DNA from: Ptychomitrium polyphyllum
Taxonomy: Eukaryota
Direction of reading: 5' to 3'
DNA: 64,000 nt
NCBI GenBank assembly: GCA_973851085.1
Contig: OZ316775.1
Span: 20,584,001-20,648,000, forward strand
Part shown: piece after piece, positions 11,507 to 24,070 of the stretch
Position numbering within the stretch: position 1 is the stretch's first letter
Layout: each line of letters opens with the position of its first letter
Position numbers and translations under genes: made by a program
The notes under the pieces: generated by a model
What the model saw: only the letters and a program-made list of their open reading frames with translations
Databases searched by the model: none
Told to the model about the DNA's origin: nothing

Positions 11507-14500
11507 TCGATCACAGAATCAGATGGAGCAGCTCGATTGCATTCATGACCTGGTTGTCTAGGATTTCAGGTTGTACACTGTTAATTAGTTGTAGAGAAAT
11601 AGACTGATCCAAAAGAGCGTGTCAGAGCTGTTTCTGTGAACTTGATTTAATGTAGCCAGGTAGATGAGCTGCGTCGTGATTGAGGTGGTGGATTGTTTGA
11701 GTTTGATTTAATTAGTGGCGTCTCGGAGTCTCAAATTCCAGATGCGACCACACTGTACAATAATAGACTTGTGGAATCGATGAGGATTCGACGTTGTGTA
11801 CTGTTTGATTTAAACTACGTCGTCGCTTGTCCATGACTGTGCATGGATTGTGAGTGCTCTTGCAATTAGAATCGAAGAGGTGGCATTGTAAAGTTGAAGT
11901 TGTTGTTGACTTTGAGCGCACTTCAGCTGGGTGAAGTGTAGTTGAAAATGATTAGACCATTCCCACTTGTGTGGCAAATCCTTATTTCACATATACCATA
12001 CTTATAAATTATAATATTCTGTAAAAATTTAAAAATTGATTTCATCATAATGAATATACTCTGAAATCCATTCTGGAATTTTGGAACCTTTTGAAATATA
12101 ATTTTCCTAAAAGTTTGACATTGTTTTACAAATCTCATTGGTGATAAATATGCTTTGAATGGGTTGAATGAGGATTTTTGGAAAGAAATTTAAAACTAGG
12201 AGTACTTTGGTGGGAGAATGTTGCATATATTTGTATGCTTAAGGTGTTCATGCATTTTTCGAAAATTGTGACATGTTCCTAGTGATAAAGGTTGGTGTTT
12301 TTTATTATTTTATTAAAGTATCATTTTGAAATTATATAAATAAGTATTTTTAATGTATAAAATTTCATAAAATACATTTAAATTTTTTGAATTTGAACCA
12401 TTAAAGTTAATACTACAAAACAACTTTATTGAAGGTTTTTTAAATATTAAAGTTATTAATTTAGTATTCATTCATTATATTTGTAGGTGATTTTAGTTAT
12501 TATACTATTAAAAATTTTGAAGTTTGAAAAGAAGGTAATCGTTCAAAAGTTACATCTTAAATCAATTTAAATTTCCTCAAAATAAATACTTGTATGATTT
12601 AATCCAACAAATTCTAGCCTTCATTGTTAGCCACTTTTTTTCATACAAGTCAGTTCTTTACATCCTGATCTTTTGTGTTAATATGAAAAGTTTATTTTCT
12701 TTGTTACTTATTTTTTCCATAATTATTTGCTAAATTTTAAACCATTCTTCTACAAATTCGTATTCCACATTATGCCATCATATGAAATATATTTAATACC
12801 ATTTATATGCATTCTTCACAATCCTCTTTTCATTCTTATATTTTTTTTTTTAAATATTATAATATTCTACTGTATACAAAGGGAAGAGGCTGCTAGGCAA
12901 ATCTTGTTAATCATGTGCAATGATATGCATACATACATTATTGATTCTTGAATTCTAAAGTATTAATCTTGTGATGTTAAAAGGATTTGGTAGCACCTTA
13001 ATGGAATACCAAAGAAGAATGTAAAATAGAGGCTTAAGAAATGATGTAGGATTGCTACAAAGCCAAGGCTCTAGTGCAATTTTTGGTGGATTTTTTTATT
13101 CTATAATTTAAATCATGTACTCATGTGAAATTATGTGTTGTAGTCAACTTGCAAGGAGTTAAAGACTTGTAATCAACAATATGAAGTGCATCTTGATTGT
13201 GGAGTTGTTTATTATTTTACATAACTATCTTTAAAGGTCAAATATAAATGTAGACCATAGTATTTCCATCATGGTATTTATGGCATAATAAAGGTGTGAA
13301 GCTAGAATCCAAATATAACTTGAATTATTATTTGGATATTTGTAGCATGTAAAAATTTTGGACCATAAAATATAATGTTGTAGAAAATCATTACTTTTTA
13401 AAAGCACACAATGGAAGACAATTCTTTGTATAAAAAATGAGTTGGAGATTAGAGAAGGTAGTAAGGAGGGCAAGGATTTTTGTCGATAATATAAACAAAT
13501 AATTGATCAATAATGGTTTGATAGAAAAAGATGAAACTAGGATGGATGGAGGGACCAAAAGAAGGAGCAAAAACAAGAAAGAGTGTGGTTTTACAAAAAA
13601 GACTTGAAAATGTTAATAATAAGTGAATTACTCAATTTTTTGAATAAATTATTATTCTTGAAATAATAAGTACTAAATAGGTTATTTGGTACAATGGAGA
13701 TCTTTGCACAAAGTCAATTAGTCTTAGAGAAGTTTTTTGGAAGAGTAACAAAAATAGAGTTTGAGTAGCATTATAGAAAAAAATATGAGTTTTTAGTCAG
13801 ATTTCTACTAATGCATGCAAAAAATATAGTTTAATTTTTCTCAAAGGTATTTAGTAGAAATTTAAATTTTGAAAAAAAATTTGTTAAAGTTTGAAGGAGT
13901 TGCATTATCTCTTGCATCTAATGTACTCTAATTTATTGTTAGATATCCAAGCATAGCCTTTGTAGAATGAATGACACTTGGTTAGCTTAAAAATATGGCT
14001 ATATTTTAATACAACAACATATGAATGTACAAACATGAGAAACATAGATGGCCTAGTTTATTGCATGATAATAGCTAGGGCTATTGAATGGTTTGGCTAA
14101 TATACCAATGTATTTAGAATTTCATCAACAATACAAACAATGTAGAATATAATGCAAGTGACTTTTCAAATTTTTGGAACTTTGTTTACAATGTGAACAA
14201 TGAGAAGTCATCATCTAGGGCAAATCTTGTTGTAGAGAGTTGTGGCCCAATTTTACATCCATCATGCTTTCATCCAATATAGTTGCCTTACAATAGGCAC
14301 TATTCTTGAATACTACACTTTATAATGGTATCCTCATACAAAAGCTTTAGATAGTAATATGACAAGATTTTTCTTAAAGTTCTTTGATACATTAAAAAAT
14401 CTAATTTCAACATAAATTGTTCAAAATTTGCAACACACATTGCAATTTTGGATTAAGCTATATCACACTTCTAGATAGCAAATTACTTCTCCTTTTGAAA

Positions 14501-15433
14501 GTTTGTAGTAACTCCACTACTCACAATGATACCATCAAAACTGGTGCTCTAATCTCTCAAACTGGTGCTTTAGGAACAACATCCCATAGAGCCTGCCAGG
14601 AATTAGCTCTAACCTCTTAAGGTGGTGCTTAAGTTTAGGGACAACATACCATATAGCCTGAAGCCAATACTCAGAGAGCTCGACTTAATACCACAATGAT
14701 ACCATAATGTCAGTGTTACGATGTCACCCCTGGGCCCACCATTGGCCCTCGCCTCGTGCCAGCTTGCACGTGGGGGGACCCATCGCGCCATAGGGCAGTG
14801 TGCCCAAATGCTTCCCCTGTGCGAGTGACGCCATTGCAGCCTCGTGTGCTGCTCCATGCTGTTGTTCTACACCGTCCATGCTCCGCTTGCATAGCAAGTA
14901 CGACCATTCGAGCCTTTCAGGCGATGAATCTACATCAGGGTTCTCCGAGAGTGAGAGGTGCATGTGCAGGGTGTTCTACTTGGGTCGCGCAGATCGTCAT
15001 ACGGTTTGATGTGCCTAGGTGGTTTTTGCTCCGAGTATGGGTTTTGTTGCTTTGTTGAAACCCTAATTTTTTTAACTGTAGAGCCCTTCTTTGCTAGTGG
15101 GTGGATCCCGCTCTCTAGAAATATAGGGTTTTATGCACGTGGAGTTTAAGAATGAGGTTTTGCCACTTGTAGTGTGGAGTAGATTCTAAGGGGTTTGTGG
15201 GTTTCGAATCTTGGTTTGGGGTCGGCGGCCTTGTGCTTCTGATCTAGAGCTTTTGAAGTTAACTATGGAATGACATGGCTCTTTACTGTAGGTTTTTTTC
15301 GAGCGTAGAACAAGTTGATGTTCTTTGCTTTCTCTGTTGAATTGGCTCTGGTGCTAGTTTGCTGCCAAGGGAGGCCAGCTGAAGGGAAGATTGAACCGCA
15401 GTTTTGTTGGGTGGGGGTTTACTGGTTCTTGAG

Positions 15434-16060
15434 ATGGATAAATGTTTCACCTTGGTGTTCATCACAGTGTTCGTAGCATCTGTGATTCGTGGATTTACAG
15501 TTGGCTCTCGCTATGGAAATAGAAATTTTGATGTCAAGGTAGTGGTGGAGAACATCACTAGAGCTAGCGAGGACACTCATTCTGGGGGCTATTACATGAG
15601 GCACTCTCTGAAGATTGCAGAAATGGGTGGGAACTCCACGTTGGAGTTTTTCCTGCTCCGGAATGGGACGAACCCTGCTATCACTGCGGCCATGGACAGT
15701 TGTATAAAAGCCTTGAAGCTGTCCACGCAGCAGGTGGAAGCTGCGGCAGCTGCGTTCGAGTTGGCTGATGTGACCACGCGGGGTCAGGCATTCGATGACT
15801 TGAGGGCACAGATGATTGCCGCCTTCGAAATCTCCAGGACATGCGTCAATGATTGTTCTGTGGAGCTTAGTCCTGACGACTCGCAAGCTGCACACCAGCT
15901 GCACTTGGCTTGCACCAGCCAGATGATGAGCCATTCGCAAGTGTGGATGGACGCTGAAGAACTGTGCTTGCTGTTTCTTGACTTGGAGTTCAATAGAATC
16001 CAGCTTGCCTCGTGGTGGCAGCGATCGTCAAACTCATCATCAGAAGATTCAGAACCCTAA
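15434..16060 (+). CDS. PMEI-domain-only protein derived from the PME pro-region (truncated paralogue; may be a pseudogene), 208 aa
   Basis: Aligns by eye to the PME at 18516: MDKCFTLVFI vs MGKCCCLVFI; NSTLEFFLLRNGTNPAITAAMDSC vs NSTMNFALFLNGTNPNVTAAVEVC; AAFEISRTCVND..ELSPDD vs AAMELHTTCIDA.EISPAD. No catalytic domain follows. Confidence 0.65.
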   Translation: MDKCFTLVFITVFVASVIRGFTVGSRYGNRNFDVKVVVENITRASEDTHSGGYYMRHSLKIAEMGGNSTLEFFLLRNGTNPAITAAMDSCIKALKLSTQQVEAAAAAFELADVTTRGQAFDDLRAQMIAAFEISRTCVNDCSVELSPDDSQAAHQLHLACTSQMMSHSQVWMDAEELCLLFLDLEFNRIQLASWWQRSSNSSSEDSEP

Positions 16061-16562
16061 TTGTCTCGGTTCACGATTGAACACTGAGGGAGAAAATTTG
16101 CCCTTTTTATCTGCAATGCTGGAAACCATACGAGTATTATAGCAACTATACTCTTCGGAAGTGCGGCTTCTAAAGAACTAAAGTTTTAGAGTACAGATCT
16201 AGATAAAAGGTAGGTTAGCCCCCCCCGCAAGATGGGGGTTGTATATTGTTATTCTTTGAGCCATTGGGATTGAGTCGCTGGGCTGGTGTTTGTGAACTTT
16301 GTCGGTGCCTGGCTTTGTACTGGTTTCTCCTGCTAATGAAGCTTGTTTTCATTTGTTCCGAAAAAGAATGAGTAAAGATCTACACGCAGTAATTCTTGGA
16401 CAATCTGCGCAGGTTGTCTTTAGCTCTGGCAAATATTGACCTGGCTTACGAGATCTTCGTAGCAACTGCGTAGAGGATCAATGGCAGGAGTCAAACCTGT
16501 ATAAAGTGGCCATTTCCACAGTGTATTAGTCAAATAAAACTAATCTCAAAAAGATTCCTAGA

Positions 16563-16807
16563 AGTTGACCTCAAATGCTTTTGAAAAAGAGAAAGCAAAT
16601 CCTATGACGTTGACCTCTAATGCTTTTGGAAAAAAGAAAACAAATCCTATGACGCTGAGATGTTTCAAAGTCTGCAGAAAGAATTTTAAAATATAATCCA
16701 AAAAAATTGGGCCAAATTTTCATGGTGACAAAGAAGAATGTCCATTTCCAAGAAGCCACATTGTCCATCAATTCTAGGTTAACATGTCCGTCAATTCTAA
16801 GTTAACA
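16563..16807. repeat. Two small tandem duplications (about 45-bp and 23-bp units)
   Basis: aatgcttttg..aaatcctatgacg twice (about 16574-16658); tgtcc[a/g]tcaattcta[g/a]gttaaca twice (16762-16807). Confidence 0.75.
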
Positions 16808-18515
16808 TATTCTTCTCTACTTGTTGTATTTCTTGCCCTTCTTGCACGTTTTGGAATTGTTAAAGTTCAAGATCCAATTTTTCCTTTCAACTCTTAATTT
16901 GAATCTAATTTAATTCTACTTTTAGAACCATATCAACTAGCCTATTGATCCTATTCATTTAAGATTTACTGGGTAATTGTAGACTCACATGCAATTTCCT
17001 ATCAAAAAATCCAAAGTATTTGGACACACTTGTTGCAATATATGACATTTTGAACTTCATTATTTAAATATGGGTTTTAGCAACATTTTTGTTCATTACA
17101 ATTCTCAACATTGGGCCATTGGAATTTGATGATTTTTTTTGTTATAGTGTGCAATATAAGTTTACTTCAAGTTCATAAGATTGCTCTACAAAGATTTGAA
17201 ATAATTTATAAATTTTATAAGAATTTTTGAGAGAGATCAAATTTAAGAATTTCATGGTAAAAAAGTCATACACATTTTAAGATTAAACAAACAAGTAAAA
17301 ATTAATGCACTAACCTATTTTCTTCAATGCATTATTAACTAAGATATTTAGGATCAACAATTCTTAATATTGTACTATGGTACTAAAAGTAAACCACAAA
17401 ACTAGTGTAAGCAATACTAAATGTCAAAAAGGCATTTTATAGATTTTTATATTTATCGTCCCTGATAAAGTGATTTATCATAAAAGTAAGTACCATATAG
17501 CACTAAACATCATTTTTTGTGTGGGTCTACCAGCAATCTCAGTGGATAAGCCTCGAAGAAAACTACCATCAGCTTTTGTGATTTTCAAGCACTATCTGAG
17601 CAGTCTTTACTCGCCAGTGAGTGACATAGCATTTGCATCCTAATGTTGTGCCCCAACAAAATTAGCGAGTGCGTTATGCTATGATTATAGATCAGAATCA
17701 ATTCTTCTGCATTAGTGTTAAACAAGCAAACACATGTACAGTGCAACTTGCTATCCAGAACAAGCGTGTATTTGAATGAACTGGACATCACAAGCAGTGT
17801 TTTCTTACTGTAGTGAGGTTCTTGATTTAGGTGAGAGTGGCACCATAGAACACTGAAAGTAGTGCACAGCAAGTAGGAGACACACTGGAAGCCACATCCA
17901 CTTGATGAATCGACAAACCTGGTCAAACCATCCAAGAATCTCCAAAGCGGAGGAATATCCCCTGCTGAATGAACAATACAATGTGTACATTACACGTCAA
18001 GGACCAGTTCTCATCCTTGTGTTGAGCGGTGAGCCAAGTTTTCAACAGTGGGCGACGTTCTCGTTAGATTAAGATCCTCTTACCTGCCACTGCTAGTATT
18101 TGTAGGAAAGTCCCCAGTCATTGCAGGCGCAGTGACCTAGTTGTCGTCAGCAGGCTAGGACGTGCAAAACTCAACGCCCAATTATCACGCGCAGCAGCCA
18201 GCTCCAGTGGCAAAGCGCGTCACCGAAGGACAACTTCTCACAAGGATTGGGAAGTGCTCCACCCCCTCCAAGGACTCACCACAAAAACCATCTTTACTTC
18301 TCCAGTTGCCATCAAGGTTAGCGTCACATCTCTTCAACGTCCACAATCATTGGTGGCCCATCGCTTCTTCCACTACCAGTGTGCGTAGAATTACAAGCAG
18401 CATTGCAGAATCCGCAGCTCACTAGTGACATAGACCTGATAAAGCAGCATCTTTTCTACGAGGGTACACTCTCGGTGATCCACAGTTTGACAGAGATTTC
18501 GAGAGGCACTTCACG

Positions 18516-20397
18516 ATGGGGAAGTGTTGTTGCTTGGTGTTCATTTTAATTGTAGCTTTGGTAGTTGTGGGAGTGTCAGTGGGCGTTCCGCTCGCTGTCA
18601 AGAAGGCTAAACAGACGGCAAACGATGTGAAGCAAGGCGCTGTGGACGCCGCCTGTCAGGCAACTTCGTATCCAGCCGCTTGCAATCAGACACTGGCCGG
18701 GAGCAATTCCACATTAAACTCGAAATCGATCACGAAAGTGTCTCTTATGAGTGCTGATTCGGGCGTGAATTCCACTATGAACTTCGCCCTATTTCTGAAT
18801 GGGACGAATCCCAACGTCACTGCGGCGGTGGAAGTGTGCATGGAAGTTCTGGGGTTGTCGAAGGAGCAGCTGGAGGCAGCCGTGGCCAAACTCGAATCCT
18901 CCAACGCCACCACTCAACATCAGGCGATGAATGACGTCAAGGCGTGGGTGAGCGCCGCCATGGAATTGCACACCACTTGCATCGATGCTTTTCTGGAGAT
19001 TAGCCCTGCGGATGGGCGGGCGCTCCAGCAGCAATCCAATCATACCGACCAGCTCTTCAGTAATGCTCTAGCTTTCGTGAACGCCTTGGATGCTTACGGA
19101 GACGACTTGTCACAATGGAAGCCCACGGGGTTTAGCTTGCCCAGCGGCTTGGATTTATCCGACTTGTTTGGATTGCGCATTCCTCCAATTCCTAGTCTTG
19201 GCAACCGAAGGCTGCTCTCATCACGAAGCGACTGGATGAGTGAAGAAGACAGTCTTCCCAGTTGGATGGACGCCCAAACGCAGCGCCACCTCTTGCAGGC
19301 TCCCTCGTATGACGTCGTCGTGGCGCAAGACGGAACCGGGAACTTTAAGACGATCCAGGCTGCCGTGGATGCTCATTCGGTGAACAACAAGCGGTTGGTG
19401 ATACATATCAAGGCGGGTATGTACAACGAGCAAGTGAAGGTGCCGACGACAGCCAAATTTTTGACGTTGGTTGGCGATGGCGATCTCACCGTCATCACGG
19501 GGAGCAGGAGCGTGGCCTTGACGAAGGGTATGACGACTTTCAAATCCGCAACTCTGAGTAAGCTCCTCCAAAAACGCTCTACATTGTGCTTTGTTCTTTC
19601 TTAACGATGAAGGTTTTCTTAATTTTGATTGCTGTGTTGCGACTCTGGGTTACTCCTTCGAGCAAGTCTGATGGTTTTCTTGCTTTGGTTCTGCAGTTGT
19701 CCAAGGGGAAGGATTTATCGGCAAGTCGTTCAAAGTGCAGAATACTGCTGGAGCTCTTGGCCACCAGGCCTGCGCATTTCGGGGGTCGGCCGACAAGATT
19801 GCCTTCTACAAGGTGGCATTCGACAGTTTTCAAGACACCTTGTATGCGCACACGTTCCGTCACTACTACCGTGAGTGCACTATCCGCGGCACCGTAGACT
19901 TCATTTTCGGAAATGCCGCCGCGTCCTTTCAGAATTGCAACGTTGTGGCGAAGAAAACTACTTTGTTTGGGCAGCAGAACACGTATTCCGCACAGGGCAG
20001 GACGGACCCCTACCAGAACACAGGCCTGGCGTTTCAGAACTGTACCTTTGACGGAGATGCCGATTTGAAGAGCAACACCACAAACTATCAGACGTTTCTT
20101 GGCCGGCCATGGAAGGCTTACTCGGTTTGCGTGTTGATGAAGTCGGAGCTGATGAGCCACATCGACCCCCAAGGATGGTTTCCATGGAACTCATCCACCT
20201 TCGGATTGTACACTTCGTACTTCGCAGAGTATGCGAACACTGGTTCAGGCTCGTATGCAAGCAACGCCGCGAAGAGAGTGCCGTGGTCGCACCAGATCAC
20301 GGCCGCCAGTATTGCCAGTAGGTACCAGGCGAACAATTTTGTGCAGGCGAGTACCTGGGTGAGCGGCTACGATATTCCGTTGACAACGGCGTTGTAG
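18516..20397 (+). CDS. PME: Pectin methylesterase with PMEI-like pro-domain (paralogue of 9620-11506), 2 exons, 580 aa
   Basis: Exons 18516-19557 and 19697-20397; the 139-nt GT-AG intron sits at the same codon position as in the first PME. Motifs RRLL, GHQACAFR, FQDTLY, GTVDFIFG, FLGRPWK. Confidence 0.95.
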
Positions 20398-21694
20398 AGT
20401 TGGGCTTCGGTGTTTCTAGAGTTAGACATCGAATACTGACAGTGTACGGGTGTAGTTTAAGAGGTGAGCAGGAGCAGGAGCTGCCAATACAGCTACCTGC
20501 TTGTGGAGTAAAGCACATTTGGCCATGTTGGCGACATTGGGGTTAGATTGACAACGAGCTGTATTATAGAAATTGAGAAACCGGAAAGTAGTGGGAATCT
20601 TTATTGTAGTAAAACAAAATTGTCCATACAAAAGATTTCTCCAAGAAGCTGTAGTGGCAGAGAGTTGGGTGAGCTTAATACGAACTTGTCCACTTGTGGA
20701 GGCTGTGCCTGTGATTATCTGTATTTTACATGGTTGGTTTGGCGTCGCGGAAAGAAATCACGCGGCGATTGTTTCAAGGATCTGCGAGGACAAGGTGTCA
20801 GATTTTCACTCAGAATTCTAGAGCAACTGAATAATGAGGTTGTCGTGTTGCGTTTCAGATTTGATGGCAAAGTCTAAAATATGAGCACCTTCCTAGATGA
20901 GATGGAGTACAGTACTAAAGCTTATGAACATCGTGTGCCAGTAGTGCAATAAAGTACGAGTCATGAAGTCTGCGTTGACAGTCCGAACATCCGAAAAATG
21001 TGTAACTTCAATCGTAATCCGGTTATTGAGTTCTGTACGGCTGTTGTGATTGCTTAAAGAATCTGCTAGAAAATCGGAATGAAGATGAAGTTGAAGCAAT
21101 TTTACTACCTGTACACGCCAAGTCTTGATCACGTTGATGAAAGCTATTCTAGCCTGTCATGAACAATTCAACCTAAAAACACGTTCACAGCGACGAGTAG
21201 GAAAAATTGGCGGAAAAGTCAACCACTTTTTGGACTCAGATGAGAAAGTAGATTATCCAATTGAACTCAAGGACTCAGGTCCATACTTCGTCCACATTCG
21301 GAATCAACGACATATTTCTCCGTGAAGGATACTCTGATGGACATATTCTACATAAAGGACACTAAGTTTAAGAAAGACATAAAACAAGATTCAAGTAGAC
21401 CTACCTGCGTGCTCATATAACTCTGACGTAGAGTATAAGCTCCCTTTTACAACAAGATTCTGATATGGTTATTCGAATATTCGATTCCAACAATTTGAAC
21501 TGCTTTCAAGAAAAACCGCATGTCCAGATACAAAATTGCAGTTGAAAATATCCAACAATATTGTTGTCACGCGATGTGACATGTCACTTTGTCAGCAGCG
21601 TGCTACACATTAACAATTTAGATACACCGGAAAGTCAGACGAGAATACTCTGAAACCAAAGAACGTTCAAAAGAACACCATGTCTGATGTGACT

Positions 21695-24070
21695 TTATTT
21701 CCTTCTAATGCGAATCTTCAAAAACATTTTTGCCTTATCACCAGGAAGCCTCAAACCTTCTGGCAGACGAAGAAGTACATCATAATCTCCAATTTCTGAA
21801 AAAGCACTTTCCAAGACCATATTTTCTTCGTGCAATTCAACTCCTAACTGCCTCTTTACCTGGGCACAACATATTCAACAAATAAGCAAAAGACCTTCAA
21901 CCCATATTAATTGTTGGGTCCATTTAGAACCTGAAACTTATTTGTTCATGCAACTCTGACGAACACCACAGAACGAAATGTACCTCGTCAAGGATATCAG
22001 ACTTCGTCACGAGCTTCAGAAGTGTGGTCTTCATACCCACATCCCTCCTAAGAACCTACAGGATTAAGCAATAAGCATTTGATAACTTTCTCAAATGAAG
22101 ATTAATAGTACGCCCCTACGATTAAAAATTGTATGTCCCAACAGAAGCAGAATTTAAAAACTTCCTACTGGCGGAATCTCTCGTCAAGTGAATCCAGCTC
22201 ACATGTCTGCATGTATCAGAACCAATTTCCTGATTTTCGTTTTGCCATCAACGTATTATGTTAAACAATCATATCATCAAACAATGGTCATAAGAGGATA
22301 CCACGCGGCCTTTTGCTAAGCGACGAAGAACAACTTCAACGGCTTTCATTTTCTCTTCCTCTGTTTCTTCCTTGACCTCAACTCTCTCAACAGTGTCTTC
22401 AGTTTGTGCAATTCCTGCTTGCTGCAGGCCCCATCAACAACCACATGTTTATTGAAGTGGATTTTTGCAATATGAACAAAATTAAAGTAAACACAATAGA
22501 GAAACCGAAAGAGAAGTAACAACACGTAAGTTCCTAAAGCATTTCATAAATTCAACGACGTTAGTTCTGAATGATTAGAGGATTGTACAAGCCTATATAC
22601 TATAGGATTTCTCAATATAAAATTCTGAAAAATACCAATCCTGCATGGAACAGACCAAGCAAGGCTTACCTTTCTTTGTTCCTGAACCATAATAACGAAT
22701 TTATCAATTGCAGGCAATGCCAGCATGTTAGGAATCAAACGATTGCGAGCGTAACCAGGTGCCACGTTCACAATCTGTCCTGCCTTTCCCAGCCTCTCAA
22801 TAGGCTGCACCACAGCCCCACAAGCATCCTTTCAGTACAATCCAAAATTCAATACAAGCAGTTTCAAGGGAACCCCTTAGTTAGGGTTTTCGAAGATCGA
22901 CAAGTAAATAGAATTGACGTGCTTGAGAAACGTTGACAATCTCATGACAAGGTACATACTCAGTAGCTGCCAAAATATTGTATGTAAGAACCCACACGCT
23001 AAATACAACTGCGAGCAAGGAACGCTGCTTACAGTGGTAAGTATAACTTTATGTTTCGTGTGAGTACGAATATGTCGTATTCCGCCCCCGACTTCAAAAT
23101 TTTGTACATGTCCCTGTGCACGGACTCCCCAGTACCTTCTGCGCACAAGTTAACCAATATCAGATCCAAACTCTGCATGCTTTGGCTTGGTAAGTGAGAT
23201 CGAAGTACGTAGAAAATAGAGTCAGTTAAAAGAAAATGTTTTGAGCAAGTTACATAGTTAAAAATAATCGACTTAGAGAGACTTGACACAAAAATTGCTC
23301 CACTACTTTATTGTTTAAACTGGTGGCATTGACCAGCAGAAAATCTCAAGAACTATGCACTTAAAAGATACGAAGTGGACGTCGAAACAAAGTCTCGATC
23401 AAGCGATAACAAGGTAATCTGCAACACACGAACCTCAAATGGTGAAGTGCTCAAAAATTGGAGCAGCTGAGGACAACAGTTACCATCTAAATGCACCAAT
23501 GTAGGCTATTCGACCCAAACCATTCAAATTGTCAAGCGGGGTCAATATACCGAGGCACACGCACTTGCCAATCCAGAACACAGCACCCAAAGTCGATGAT
23601 CTACAAACCCCACACGACAGAAAGCGCGCGAACGACCCTTAAACCCTAAACCCTAAAACCACCAAATTCCTCAGATCGCCTCATTCGTAAGTTGAAACTG
23701 CTCATCTAATGACAGGCAACTTTCAGACTTGTAAAAGGAAAGAGAAAAAAAAAACACAAAACACAAAAGAAAAAAAACAATCCGAATATTGTCTCAAAGC
23801 AGTGGAAAAGTCCAAATTTATCAAATGAGGCGTTTCAGACTGATCCACATTGAACAGCCAGGCCATGATCGGGGAGCTCTAAAGGCAACATCACCAAAAT
23901 CTGAAGCACAGAGAGTATAAGCAGACGTACCGATCCTGTGGGAGGTGCGCAAGATCGTCTGCGCATGCGCAAGTGAGCGAGCGGGCGATTTGGAGCGAGG
24001 AGAAGCCGTGGCACGAGTGCAGCAGCAAGCGCCTCGCGGCTGCCGCTGCGGCGCCCCTGGTGAGGGCCAT
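21695..24070 (-). CDS. RPL9: Organellar (probably mitochondrial) 50S ribosomal protein L9 (bL9), 6 exons, 245 aa
   Basis: Exons 24070-23931, 23138-23033, 22804-22670, 22421-22302, 22055-21984, 21859-21695 join into 738 nt. L9 N-domain KVILTTPIERLGKAGQIVNVAPGYARNRLIP; C-domain VTKSDILDEVKRQLGVEL..IGDYDVLLRLP; Ala/Arg-rich presequence MALTRGAAAAAARRLLL. Confidence 0.92.
22056..22301 (-). other. Probable U12-type GT-AG intron in RPL9
   Basis: Minus-strand 5' end GTATCCTCTT; TTGCTTAAT (22071-22063) immediately upstream of CCTGTAG. Confidence 0.7.
23641..23657. promoter_or_regulatory. Tandem telo-box (AAACCCTA) in RPL9 intron 1
   Basis: aaaccctaaaccctaaa read directly; telo-boxes are established elements near the 5' ends of plant ribosomal-protein genes. 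Confidence 0.55.

Noticed and set aside
17585..17990. Minus-strand ORFs upstream of the second PME
   Set aside because: No recognisable domain and no consistent exon chain.
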